A stretch of DNA of 24,000 nt from Candidatus Wolframiiraptor gerlachensis (lineage in GTDB: Archaea > Thermoproteota > Nitrososphaeria_A > Caldarchaeales > Wolframiiraptoraceae), in assembly GCA_021323375.2 (NCBI GenBank), contig JAJPCT020000025.1:1-24000 (forward strand), written 5' to 3'. The notes beneath the pieces are model-generated. The model had not been told where the DNA came from, did not search any database, and was given only the letters and a program-made list of their open reading frames with translations. Within the stretch, counting starts at the first letter, position 1, and each line of letters opens with the position of its first letter. Shown in pieces: positions 1-8,760 of the stretch. Made by a program: the position numbers and the translations under genes.

Positions 1-94
1 CCCCCGCGCCCCGCTGGGCCCCCCCCCCAATGGCCTGGGGGGGGGGCCCCCGCCCCTCCGCCTTTTGTAAAGGGCCTTTTGTACTTTCCCACGC

Positions 95-427
95 CCTGCC
101 GGTATGATGTTTTCCGCCGATCTCGATGCCCAGCCTCTCTATCACCTTTGACTCGACGAACTCGTGGACGTCCTCATAATCTCCCTCGAGCCTTAGCTCG
201 CCTTGAATTGCCTTCTCCCTAAGCTCCTTCAGTACCGAAAGTATCTTTGCCGCGTCGTCCCTCGGTATTATACCCTGCTCGCAGAGCATGATAACATGCG
301 CCATAGTCCCCTCAATATCGTCAAGAAGTATCTCTTGATCCTCGGCGAGAGATGAAAGATAGGATAATGCCTCCTCATCCATTTTTTCTAGCCTCGACCT
401 ATAGAGGCCGCCGCTGCCCGCGCTCAT
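95..427 (-). CDS. argH: Argininosuccinate lyase, N-terminal part only; the reading frame loses recognisable similarity below about position 95
   Basis: Not in the ORF track. My reverse-strand translation from ATG at 427 gives MSAGSGGLYRSRLEKMDEEALSYLSSLAEDQEILLDDIEGTMAHVIMLCEQGIIPRDDAAKILSVLKELREKAIQ...YEDVHEFVESKVIERLGIEIGGKHHTGR. The DIEGxxAHxxML, EDVHxxxE and GGKxHTGR segments are typical of ArgH, but the expected SRNDQVA continuation is missing. Confidence 0.85.
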
Positions 428-477
428 ACACTGTCATCGCATAGAATTCGGCCCTCTAGATAGCTATTACCGGGCCC

Positions 478-762
478 CTATTCCTCGAGCTCTAGGCCAT
501 CGCGCTTATGCGTGTGAAGCACTATCGAGGTCACGGTGCTCTTCACGCCTGGTATCCTCAGTATCTTGTCTCTCAGGAATCTTCTGAACTCGCTGATCCC
601 CGGGGTCGCGACGACCGCGATTATGTCAAATTCCCCCGTTACCTCGTAGACATCAATCACCTCGGGAAGCTTGCTCAGCTCCCTGCAGACGTTCCCCAGC
701 TGGCTGGACTCCGCGAAGACATGTATGAATGCCTTAATGCCAGAACGCTCGATATATGTCAT
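478..762 (-). CDS. Stand-alone Lrp/AsnC ligand-binding (RAM) domain protein, no HTH
   Basis: 94 aa; KAFIHVFAESSQLGNVCRELSKLPEVIDVYEVTGEFDIIAVVATPGISEFRRFLRDKILRIPGVKSTVTSIVL matches the AsnC C-terminal effector domain pattern (GxxDxxxxV, I..ipGV..t.T). Confidence 0.88.
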   Translation of the reverse strand: MTYIERSGIKAFIHVFAESSQLGNVCRELSKLPEVIDVYEVTGEFDIIAVVATPGISEFRRFLRDKILRIPGVKSTVTSIVLHTHKRDGLELEE

Positions 763-811
763 GCCCTATCCGGGGGTTGAGGTTGATCCGCCAATATTAA
801 GTATTTATGGC

Positions 812-2713
812 CTATTCCGTGGCCCTTTTTAGGAGCATTATCTTCCCAGGATGCTTAAGCATTAATGAGTGAACCTTCTCATCGAAGCCCTTCTCGAAGT
901 AAGCCTTTTCAAATCCCCGGACAATGTATGCTAGGAAGTCCACTTCGCTTTTCTCCGCCTCTTCATCTAGGATCTTTTCTAGGTCGCCGACCTTCACCTC
1001 GTATTCGGCTTCGTAGCCCATTGATCTGAGCTCCTTGGCAAGGTCCATGAGCGCTTTCTCGGTCTCCTGTTTCGCGGTCTCGATCTCGGCCTTTTCTCGG
1101 CCGCCAGTCATGATCTCCGGCACATCTATTATGCTGAGGAGCTTTATGCTGAAGCGCTTGTCAAGCGCCCTCTCGATCGACCTCTTTATCACCTCCGGGT
1201 CATCATATGGCCTAACTAGGACCGCGACTCGCATTCTATAGCCAGCTGGTAGGACCATGCCCCTCTCCTCCCTCCCTAGAATCGGCTTCTTGGATAGCTT
1301 TCTGAAGGCTATGTAGAGGGCGATGCCAGCAGCCATCCAGATGAAGCCGAAGAATCTTCCAGCAGGATGCAGTAAGACTACTAGGATCCAGATCGCGGTC
1401 GTCCCCACTAGGCCGAGCAGCCCCAGTATCGGTACCTCGATAGCATACTCGCCCTTACCCTTCAGCTTTATCGAGAGTGGTATCTTCCATGGCCTATAAA
1501 CCTCCCGCTCTCTAATCCTGAGGAGTAAGAGGCTTATCATCAAGAACATGTAGCTTAGTGAGCCGCCGAAGTTGTATAGGCTGGCGAGGAAGGGGATGTC
1601 GCCTGGCAGGGTTAATAGGAGACCGATAATCCCGAAGACTATTATCGTCCTCACAGGAGTCCTGAATCTCGGGTGGATATAATAGAACCATCTTGGGATG
1701 AGGTGGAATCTTCCCATGCTCGCTGCAAGGCGGGAGACGCCTATCAGGCCTGTGTTCGCGGATGCTAGGCAGAGGACGAACGCCGCGATTGCGACGAGCA
1801 TTGAGAGCTGTTCGCCAATCACCGGGAACCTGCTAACCAGCACCGCGACCGGGTTCTCGTATGATGAGCCGAGAACATGCCAGTCTAGGACGCCCATAGA
1901 GAGCACGCTAAACAATAGGACGGAGAGCATCACAGCTAGGACGCATAGCTTCGCCGCTCTTGGAATCCACCTATACGGCTTCCTCGTCTCTTCAGCAGCC
2001 TGCGCTATGGACTCTATTCCTATGAAGGATGCCATAGCAAGCGTTAATCCATAGAGGAAGTTGTTTAAGCCCGTGTCTAGGAAATCGAAGTACTCGACCT
2101 CCGAGAGGCGTTCCGGGTTTCCAAGCTGCGTTAGCTGGTTTAGGAAGAGATTGGCATCGAATCTCGTGAGAAAGCCCATGACCAGGATTGAGACCTGAAC
2201 TATTAACCCTATTATCACGAGGCATGAGATCAGGTCAGCCGAATACCTTATCCCCACATAGTTTATTGCGATTAGGAATGCGACAAGTAGGGAGGCAATT
2301 AGCCCGAGGCCACTAATCTCTAAGCCGGGGCAAATTTGAATCGAGAATCCCCTTATCCATGTGAAGAGATATTTCAGGTATCCGGAGGCGGCGGTTGCAA
2401 AGAGAGAGAGGCATAGCATGTAGTCGAGCATTATCGCCCAGCCAGCTATGAAGCTCAGTAGCGAATTCGAGGCTCTCAACGCATATACCTGAACCCCTCC
2501 AGCATAGGGATATGTTGGGGCGAGCTCGGCATATGTAAGGCCGATCGAGACATATATTATGGCCGCGGCTAGGAAGGCGAGGGGCGCCGCTCCCCCAGCA
2601 TAGAGAGTAACTATACCAAGGGCTATGAATATGTCTGCGCCCACGTCTCCATAGCCCATGGCAAAGGAGCCGAACCAGCCGACCTCACGCTTAAGCCTAG
2701 CCTCTTTACTCAA
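812..2713 (-). CDS. APC-superfamily amino acid permease with C-terminal Usp-like cytoplasmic domain
   Basis: 633 aa; N-terminal about 480 aa are a multi-TM APC-type permease (DIFIALGIVTLYAGGAAPLAFLAAAIIYV..TYAELAPTYPYAGGVQVYAL; FIGIESIAQAAEETRKPYRWIP). The C-terminal about 150 aa are soluble with a Usp-like fold pattern. Confidence 0.88.
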   Translation of the reverse strand: MSKEARLKREVGWFGSFAMGYGDVGADIFIALGIVTLYAGGAAPLAFLAAAIIYVSIGLTYAELAPTYPYAGGVQVYALRASNSLLSFIAGWAIMLDYMLCLSLFATAASGYLKYLFTWIRGFSIQICPGLEISGLGLIASLLVAFLIAINYVGIRYSADLISCLVIIGLIVQVSILVMGFLTRFDANLFLNQLTQLGNPERLSEVEYFDFLDTGLNNFLYGLTLAMASFIGIESIAQAAEETRKPYRWIPRAAKLCVLAVMLSVLLFSVLSMGVLDWHVLGSSYENPVAVLVSRFPVIGEQLSMLVAIAAFVLCLASANTGLIGVSRLAASMGRFHLIPRWFYYIHPRFRTPVRTIIVFGIIGLLLTLPGDIPFLASLYNFGGSLSYMFLMISLLLLRIREREVYRPWKIPLSIKLKGKGEYAIEVPILGLLGLVGTTAIWILVVLLHPAGRFFGFIWMAAGIALYIAFRKLSKKPILGREERGMVLPAGYRMRVAVLVRPYDDPEVIKRSIERALDKRFSIKLLSIIDVPEIMTGGREKAEIETAKQETEKALMDLAKELRSMGYEAEYEVKVGDLEKILDEEAEKSEVDFLAYIVRGFEKAYFEKGFDEKVHSLMLKHPGKIMLLKRATE

Positions 2714-3160
2714 GCCCTCAAAACCGGTGATAGATGAAGAAAACTCACCTTAATAGACTAATCTCAAGGGAGGATTGTATCCCGTTGCTGGAAGAGAAGC
2801 AGGAAAATTAGCGTCAATCTCACAAAGGTAAAGATGTGTGAATCATTGATTTAACAACGTTACAAGATTTCCATAAATCCATTTAGTGAGCGAGATGAGA
2901 TTGGCGAATAAATGATTGTTGTCGCAGCCTCAATGCCACATTCACGGCGATACTATTCCTATGCATATTAGCATCTCAAGCGCTAGATTGAGATGGATAT
3001 TCGGGCTACTCATCATCGTGATGACGCTCTAAAAGCTGATGGCCTGACGCCATAAACCCCTTATCCAATAAATTAAATAATGTTTAACACCGCTGCCATT
3101 TTTATCGCAGAATTCATGTATGCTAGAAGAATGTCGCAATTTTTGTATGATGCTTGTTGG

Positions 3161-3236
3161 TGGTGGACCGGGCGGGATTTGAACCCGCGACCTCCCGCGT
3201 GCAAGGCGGGCGATCTCCCAGCTGATCTACCGGCCC
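3161..3236 (-). tRNA. tRNA-Ala (anticodon TGC), intronless, 3' CCA encoded
   Basis: Reverse strand folds as GGGCCGG/TA/GATC-AGCTGGGA-GATC/G/CCCGC-CTTGCAC-GCGGG/AGGTC/GCGGG-TTCAAAT-CCCGC/CCGGTCC/A/CCA, a complete cloverleaf with anticodon TGC. Confidence 0.96.
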
Positions 3237-3260
3237 CCATTAGCTTCTTTCTTGTCGTGG

Positions 3261-3270
3261 AGTATTTTAG
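3261..3270 (-). promoter_or_regulatory. Candidate TATA box for tRNA-Ala
   Basis: Reverse strand CTAAAATACT centred about 29 nt upstream of the tRNA 5' end (3236), the expected archaeal TATA spacing. Confidence 0.5.
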
Positions 3271-3290
3271 ACTTTCCTAAGGTTCTGAAA

Positions 3291-3300
3291 TATTAATATC
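3291..3300 (+). promoter_or_regulatory. Candidate TATA box for the PfkB kinase gene (leaderless arrangement)
   Basis: TATTAATATC centred about 26 nt before the ATG at 3322; no Shine-Dalgarno is visible just before the ATG. Confidence 0.45.
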
Positions 3301-3321
3301 CGTCCCTTTTGAGTTCTCTCT

Positions 3322-4287
3322 ATGATGATCTTTGCTGTTGGCGAGGTCTTGATTGATTTTATCGCTGTCGAGGAGGCTGACTTGAAGGATGTGAGAGTTT
3401 TTGAGAAGCATCCTGGCGGCGCTCCGGCGAATATGGTTGTGGGCTTGAGAAGGCTGAATGTCCCTTCCGGGCTGATAAGTAAGGTTGGGAGAGATGCTTT
3501 CGGGGAATTTCTGGTTGAAAGGCTCAGGGAGGAGGGTGTTGATACTAGATACATTGTATATGACGATGAGAGGAATACAGGTGTTGTCTTTGTGCAACTT
3601 AAGCAGGCTGAGCCGAGCTTCCTCCTCTATGACCATGTAGCATACTTTAATCTCAGACTTGATGAGGTGGATAAGTCGTTCCTAGATAAGGCTGATCTGC
3701 TGCATTTTGGTGGTGTTCTCCTGGCTAGGGAGCCTAGTAGGTCGACGAGTCTAGAGCTTGCGCGGATGGCGAGAAGCCGGGGGATACCAACGAGCTTTGA
3801 CGTAAATATTAGGCCCAATCTCTGGGTGGGTAGGATGGATGAGCTTGTAAGCTGTATGGAGGCGGCGCTAAAGCACGCCGACATAGTTAAGCTTGGGAGG
3901 GGGGAGAGAAGGCTACTCGAGGATTATGGCATTGATATAATGAGCTTTAACATAAAGCTGATCGCTATAACGAAGGGCGCTGAGGGTAGTGAGCTGATAT
4001 ATGGAGGCCAGGCGGTGAGTGTGCCAGCATATAGGGTTGAGGCCGTTGACCCGACAGGCGCGGGCGATGCGTATATGGCTGCGCTTCTTGCTGCACTTTA
4101 CTCTATGGGGAAGCTAAGGGAGCTTGTGCTTAGTAGTGAGGAGCTTAGGCTTGCTGGAAGATTTGCGAACATTGTCGCTGCGATCTCGACGACTAAGAGG
4201 GGGGCATGGAGCACGCCACGGGTAGAATCACTTCAAGAAATCCCAGAAATAAGACCCATAGTTGAGAAGCTCATGGCGACTAAATAA
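3322..4287 (+). CDS. PfkB-family carbohydrate kinase (fructokinase/ribokinase-like)
   Basis: 321 aa; GEVLIDFIA, GGAPANMVVGLRRLNVPSGLISKVGRDAFGEFLVERLREEGVDT, and C-terminal signature DPTGAGDAYMAALLAALY. Confidence 0.95.
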   Translation: MMIFAVGEVLIDFIAVEEADLKDVRVFEKHPGGAPANMVVGLRRLNVPSGLISKVGRDAFGEFLVERLREEGVDTRYIVYDDERNTGVVFVQLKQAEPSFLLYDHVAYFNLRLDEVDKSFLDKADLLHFGGVLLAREPSRSTSLELARMARSRGIPTSFDVNIRPNLWVGRMDELVSCMEAALKHADIVKLGRGERRLLEDYGIDIMSFNIKLIAITKGAEGSELIYGGQAVSVPAYRVEAVDPTGAGDAYMAALLAALYSMGKLRELVLSSEELRLAGRFANIVAAISTTKRGAWSTPRVESLQEIPEIRPIVEKLMATK

Positions 4288-4383
4288 TTCTTGGCTTCAT
4301 CACCCCTTCCTCGAGTTTCTTTAATCAAGGCGCCTAGGAGTAGTAATATTAATACTGGGATCGTATTTGTTAACGCGGGTCTC

Positions 4384-5700
4384 ATGCCGTCTTTCCCTGA
4401 GATGCTGCGAAATGCTCTGAGCAAGTTCAGGTCAGCCGCGACCGTGGATAAGAGGACTGTCGAGGAGCTTATAAGGGATATTCAGAGAGCGCTCCTTATC
4501 GCTGATGTCAACGTAGAGCTTGTCAAAAAGATCTCGGATAGGATTAGGGAGAGAGCCTTCTCGGGTGAGCTGCCGCCCGGGATCTCGAGAAGGGACTACG
4601 TGATCAAGGTCGTCTATGAGGAGCTTGTGAGACTCCTTGGCGAGAAGCCCGCTGAGATAAGGATCACTAAGAGGCCATATGTCATAATGGCTGTCGGGAT
4701 TCAGGGGGCTGGGAAGACCACGAGCATCGCGAAGATAGCATATTATCTCAAGAGGATGGGTTATAGGGTTGCGGTTGTCTGCGCTGACACGTATAGGCCT
4801 GGAGCATATGAGCAGCTTAAACAGCTTCTTGATGGAAGGGATATCCCCGTCTTTCATGAGGGCTCCGATGCTGTTGAGATCGCGAGGAATGGTGTGAGGC
4901 GCTTCTCTGATGAGGGCTATGATGTTATCCTGATAGATACTGCTGGGAGGCATAAGAGCCAGGAGGATCTCATGAAGGAGATGAGGGTTCTTCAGGAAAG
5001 CATTAAGCCCGATGAGGTGATGCTCATCATCGATGCCACTACAGGTCAGGCTGCTGGAGAGCATGCCAGGGCTTTCCACCAGGCGGCTCCCGTCGGGTCA
5101 ATAGTCTTAACGAAGATGGATACTTCGGCTAGGGGTGGAGGGGCATTATCCGCGATCGTGGAGACAGGTGCCAAAATAAAGTTCATTGGGACTGGTGAGA
5201 AGCTGGAGGAGATCGAGCTCTTTAACCCGAAGGGATATGTGGGCAGGCTCCTTGGCATAGGCGACTTGGAAGGGCTACTTGAAAGGATCAAGCTCGCTGA
5301 GATCGAGGTGAGTGAAGAACGCGCGAAGAAGATGCTACGGGGGGAGTTCACGCTCGAGGAGTTCGTTAAGCAGTTGAGGGAGGTTAGGAAGATGGGGCCC
5401 CTCTCGAAGCTTTTATCGAGGCTTCCGCTGCTCGGGCTCCCCGACATCCCACAGGACGCCCTCAAGGAGGCGGAGGAGAAGATCGAGAAGTGGTGGGCGA
5501 TAATACAGTCCATGACGCCGGAGGAGAGGAGTGACCCAGATATACTCGATGCCTCGAGAGTTAGAAGGATCGCGAGAGGCGCCGGGGTATCTGAGGGCGA
5601 TGTCAAGGCCCTCTTGAGACAGTATAAGCTGACAAGGAAGCTCATTAAGAGGGCGAAGAAGGCGCCCCATAAGCTTGCAGGCCTTAGGGGGTTAGGATAA
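4384..5700 (+). CDS. srp54: Signal recognition particle GTPase SRP54 (Ffh)
   Basis: G1 GIQGAGKTT, DTYRPGAYEQL, G3 DTAGRHKSQEDLMKEM, TKMDTSARGGGALS, and an M domain. The ORF track begins at 4291, but the conserved N domain begins at MPSFPEMLRNALSKF (ATG 4384). Confidence 0.97.
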   Translation: MPSFPEMLRNALSKFRSAATVDKRTVEELIRDIQRALLIADVNVELVKKISDRIRERAFSGELPPGISRRDYVIKVVYEELVRLLGEKPAEIRITKRPYVIMAVGIQGAGKTTSIAKIAYYLKRMGYRVAVVCADTYRPGAYEQLKQLLDGRDIPVFHEGSDAVEIARNGVRRFSDEGYDVILIDTAGRHKSQEDLMKEMRVLQESIKPDEVMLIIDATTGQAAGEHARAFHQAAPVGSIVLTKMDTSARGGGALSAIVETGAKIKFIGTGEKLEEIELFNPKGYVGRLLGIGDLEGLLERIKLAEIEVSEERAKKMLRGEFTLEEFVKQLREVRKMGPLSKLLSRLPLLGLPDIPQDALKEAEEKIEKWWAIIQSMTPEERSDPDILDASRVRRIARGAGVSEGDVKALLRQYKLTRKLIKRAKKAPHKLAGLRGLG

Positions 5701-5755
5701 CAATCCTCCCAAAGATTATGGTTATTAGGATAATTGCGGCATCATCACGCCGGGG

Positions 5756-7111
5756 TTGTCATTCGAGGGGCTGGCCGAGGTTTTGGGGAAGGCTGAGAGG
5801 CTGCTTCTAGCCCACTCTCTCTGCGATTATTGCCTTGGTAGACAGTTCTCCTCACTATGCTATGGCGCTGGGAATGATGAGAGGGGTAGAGCGCTGAAGC
5901 TCATCCTCACTATGTGGAGCCTCATTCGGTATAGGGAGTCCGGGGAGACGCCGGAGATCTTGAGAAGACTCGCTTCAACGGGCTTCGGCCCCGCGGTGAA
6001 GACCCTGCAGGCGCTTGGTGAGGTGCCGCCCAAGCAGTCTCCATGCTACATCTGCGGTGGAGCCCTAACTAGGAGGAGGATGGAGGAGGTTGCCGAGAAG
6101 GCCGCGGAGGAGCTGAGGGAATACGAGTTCAGGAATCTCTTGGTTGGTGCCAAGGTTCCAGCGGATGTGAGGGAGAGGGAGGATGAGCTTAGAGCGGCCT
6201 TCAGCATAGACACGGGGGAGGATATCAAGGAAGATATCACAAGAGGTGTTGGCTCGGCGCTCCAGAGGAGATTCAAGGTCCCGGTCGAGTACCAGAACCC
6301 GGACATCGTCGTCCTTGTTGACATATTCTCCGGGACGTATGAGCTGCAGGTTAACCCCCTCTTCATTAAGGGGCTATACAGGAAGCTTCAGAAGAATATA
6401 CCTCAGACGCCTTGGTATTGTAGATACTGCTGGGGCCGTGGATGCGGGAGATGCAATTATACTGGGAGGGAGTATCCGGGGTCTGTTAGCGAGCTGATAG
6501 GTGAGCCTGCTCTCAAGCTCTTCGAGGCCTTGAGTTACAAGTTTCACGGCGCGGGGAGGGAAGATGTTGATGCCACTGTCACGGGAACCGGCAGGCCATT
6601 CATCCTAGAGCTAAAGCATCCTAGAAAGAGGTTTGTTGACTTAACGCTTCTGGAGAAGATTGTGAATGAGGATGCGAGGGGGAAGGTGGAGATCTCGAAC
6701 CTAGAATATTCGAGTAGGAGGGAGCTGAGGATATTGAAGAACCTCTCCCCCATAGCGTCGAAGACCTATGAGGCCGTGGTTGAGTTTGATGGCGACGTGG
6801 ATGAGGGGGCGCTGAGACAGGTTATGGAGATGTTCAGGGATCTTGTGATAAATCAGAGGACCCCTAGAAGGGTTTTGAGGAGGAGGGCTGACAAGATTAG
6901 GCAGAAGAAGGTCTACTATGTTGAGGCTGAGAAGCTTGGCGACCGCGTCGTCAAGTTCAGGATCAAGGCTCAGGGCGGCCTATACATAAAGGAGCTCATA
7001 GATGGCGATGAGGGGAGGACCGAGCCCAATATAGCGGAGGTCCTCGGTAGGAGGCCTCTCAAGATAGACCTCTCCGTTATCGAGGTTGAGTATCCAGGGA
7101 CCAGGGGATAG
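5756..7111 (+). CDS. pus10: tRNA pseudouridine(54/55) synthase Pus10
   Basis: 451 aa, TTG start; N-terminal Cys motifs CDYCLGRQF and CYICGG, then CRYCWGRGCGRCNYTGREYPGSVSELIG, GREDVDATVTGTGRPFILELKHPRKR, and QGGLYIKELIDGDEGRTEPNIAEVLG, all typical of archaeal Pus10. Confidence 0.95.
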   Translation: MSFEGLAEVLGKAERLLLAHSLCDYCLGRQFSSLCYGAGNDERGRALKLILTMWSLIRYRESGETPEILRRLASTGFGPAVKTLQALGEVPPKQSPCYICGGALTRRRMEEVAEKAAEELREYEFRNLLVGAKVPADVREREDELRAAFSIDTGEDIKEDITRGVGSALQRRFKVPVEYQNPDIVVLVDIFSGTYELQVNPLFIKGLYRKLQKNIPQTPWYCRYCWGRGCGRCNYTGREYPGSVSELIGEPALKLFEALSYKFHGAGREDVDATVTGTGRPFILELKHPRKRFVDLTLLEKIVNEDARGKVEISNLEYSSRRELRILKNLSPIASKTYEAVVEFDGDVDEGALRQVMEMFRDLVINQRTPRRVLRRRADKIRQKKVYYVEAEKLGDRVVKFRIKAQGGLYIKELIDGDEGRTEPNIAEVLGRRPLKIDLSVIEVEYPGTRG

Positions 7112-7148
7112 CCGCCTCCGGAAAAATAAGCTGGGAAAATATGGTGGT

Positions 7149-8612
7149 TTAGAGTGTTACCTTAAAGAACATTTGGAGGACCACGGCGATTATGAAGAAG
7201 CCGTAGAAGACTGATCCCATGGCGAGGATTATGTTGGTCACAATGCCCGGTCTAAGAGGCTTCGGCAAGATCCTGTTGCTGACTATCAGCTGTAGGATCG
7301 GCGCAAGCATCAGCGCGAGGAGCCCGAGAACGGCCCCGGTCGCTGAGAGGTGATAGGGCTCCGCCAGCTTATAGACCGTCGAGATGACGAGTATTATGAC
7401 CGATAATGCATAGATGGCGTAGACCACCGCGTAATACATCTTCCTCGGGTCTCCGCCGGTCATCTTCCTGACCCGCTCGCTCGCGAACCAGAAGTTGTCG
7501 GTTACTGTTCTCGCAACGGAGTCCATTATCCCCCACTGTGTATCGAAGAGGGCCCAGAAGCCTCCAAGTAGGACTATTACCCATGCTGCCCAGCCGAGAA
7601 CCGCTGAGAGCGCCTCTGCCTGAGCTGCTGCCACCTGAAAGCCCATTGGCGCGAGGCCTCTCGGCACGAGCAGGGCATATGCCATGACGCTTGTCAAGAT
7701 CACGGTCACCATTGTTATCCCGGAGAAGAATACATAGGAGTCGAGCCTAACTATCTTGAGCCATCCCCTCCATCTTCTTAAATTCTCCTGGTTATTCACC
7801 TCAAAGGGTATCTCGTCCGCCTTCAGCTCCACCTTGCTACCTCCTACGAGGCCTGAGATGTAACCGGCCTTGCTTCCCATACCCCAGCCCTTATCCCTGG
7901 CATAGCTGGAGATGAAGAGATTGAAGCCGAAGCCCGCTGGAATATACGCGATCGCCGCGGCGATCATATACCAGTTTATATCATTTTGCGGCGGGAAGCC
8001 GAGTCTCGGCCTTAGGAAGCCCCCGAATCCGCTTAGGACCTCGAGCCAAGCCTGCGGTGACGCGGCTATAACGACGCCAGCGATTATCGTGGCTACAAGA
8101 AGTATCAGTATAGGCCAGCTAACGAGCTCAAGAGTCCTCTGGATCTTCTTGCCGAAGTGTATCACGAGCAGCCCGACGGTTAGAGCCACTATGCCCCAGG
8201 CTAGGACAAGGTATGCGTCTTGCGGCCCTGGGAGGCGGCCGAGTTGCAGCGCTGTTATCGCGGTAGCGGAGGCTGCGGCCCACCCCGGCCAGATTACCGG
8301 GATGAATATGAGAAGTGTCCAGGCACATGCCCATGTAAGCGGGTTTGGGGGAAGCTTCTGGTAAGCCTTGTGAATCGGCTGACCACTATATACGGCGTAT
8401 TTCATCGACTCAACGGCGACAACCGCCTGTATTATGCAGGAGAGGAGGGCTGCCCAGAGCAGATATGGGCCATACTTCACGACAATTGCTGGAAAGAGGA
8501 TCCATTCGCCGCTTCCTATCGCCATTGATCCGAGGATGACTCCAGGGCCGACTGCCTTTAGATAGCTCCAGATTCCTGGCTTGGGAGGCTCGGGAAGAGC
8601 TTCCGACACCAT
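7149..8612 (-). CDS. Nramp-superfamily (SLC11-like) transporter, atypical motifs
   Basis: 487 aa multi-TM; N-terminal AVGPGVILGSMAIGSGEWILFPAIVVKYGPYLLW aligns with the Nramp TM1 region, but with GSGEW where canonical members have DPGN. Confidence 0.8.
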   Translation of the reverse strand: MVSEALPEPPKPGIWSYLKAVGPGVILGSMAIGSGEWILFPAIVVKYGPYLLWAALLSCIIQAVVAVESMKYAVYSGQPIHKAYQKLPPNPLTWACAWTLLIFIPVIWPGWAAASATAITALQLGRLPGPQDAYLVLAWGIVALTVGLLVIHFGKKIQRTLELVSWPILILLVATIIAGVVIAASPQAWLEVLSGFGGFLRPRLGFPPQNDINWYMIAAAIAYIPAGFGFNLFISSYARDKGWGMGSKAGYISGLVGGSKVELKADEIPFEVNNQENLRRWRGWLKIVRLDSYVFFSGITMVTVILTSVMAYALLVPRGLAPMGFQVAAAQAEALSAVLGWAAWVIVLLGGFWALFDTQWGIMDSVARTVTDNFWFASERVRKMTGGDPRKMYYAVVYAIYALSVIILVISTVYKLAEPYHLSATGAVLGLLALMLAPILQLIVSNRILPKPLRPGIVTNIILAMGSVFYGFFIIAVVLQMFFKVTL

Positions 8613-8760
8613 CCCACGACGCCTCGGATATGGGCTTAGATGCCCGGTTATAAGCGTTAATGCTTAAAAATGTGCTACGTTCCCCAACAATAATTCTCAA
8701 GGGCCGGGGAAACATTATTAGAGTTAAAAGCTGGCCGATCTCTTTTTAGGAGAGGGGTGT

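Noticed and set aside
508-780. 90-aa plus-strand ORF opposite the RAM-domain gene
   Set aside because: Antisense to a convincing Lrp/AsnC-like domain ORF, with no protein-like features.
3080-3280. 66-aa plus-strand ORF spanning the tRNA-Ala locus
   Set aside because: Overlaps a complete tRNA; the peptide segment CWWWTGRDLNPRPPACKAGDLPADLPAP is the classic spurious translation of antisense tRNA.
4291-4383. 31-aa N-terminal extension of SRP54 in the ORF track
   Set aside because: The extension does not resemble the SRP54 N domain; the ATG at 4384 gives the expected start.
4432-5079. 215-aa minus-strand ORF opposite srp54
   Set aside because: Antisense to the strongly conserved NG domain of SRP54; shadow ORF in a gene with skewed codon use. 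The same applies to 5046-5645 minus.
7912-8364. 150-aa plus-strand ORF opposite the Nramp-like gene
   Set aside because: Antisense to transmembrane-helix coding sequence; hydrophilic Pro/Arg-rich composition typical of a shadow ORF.
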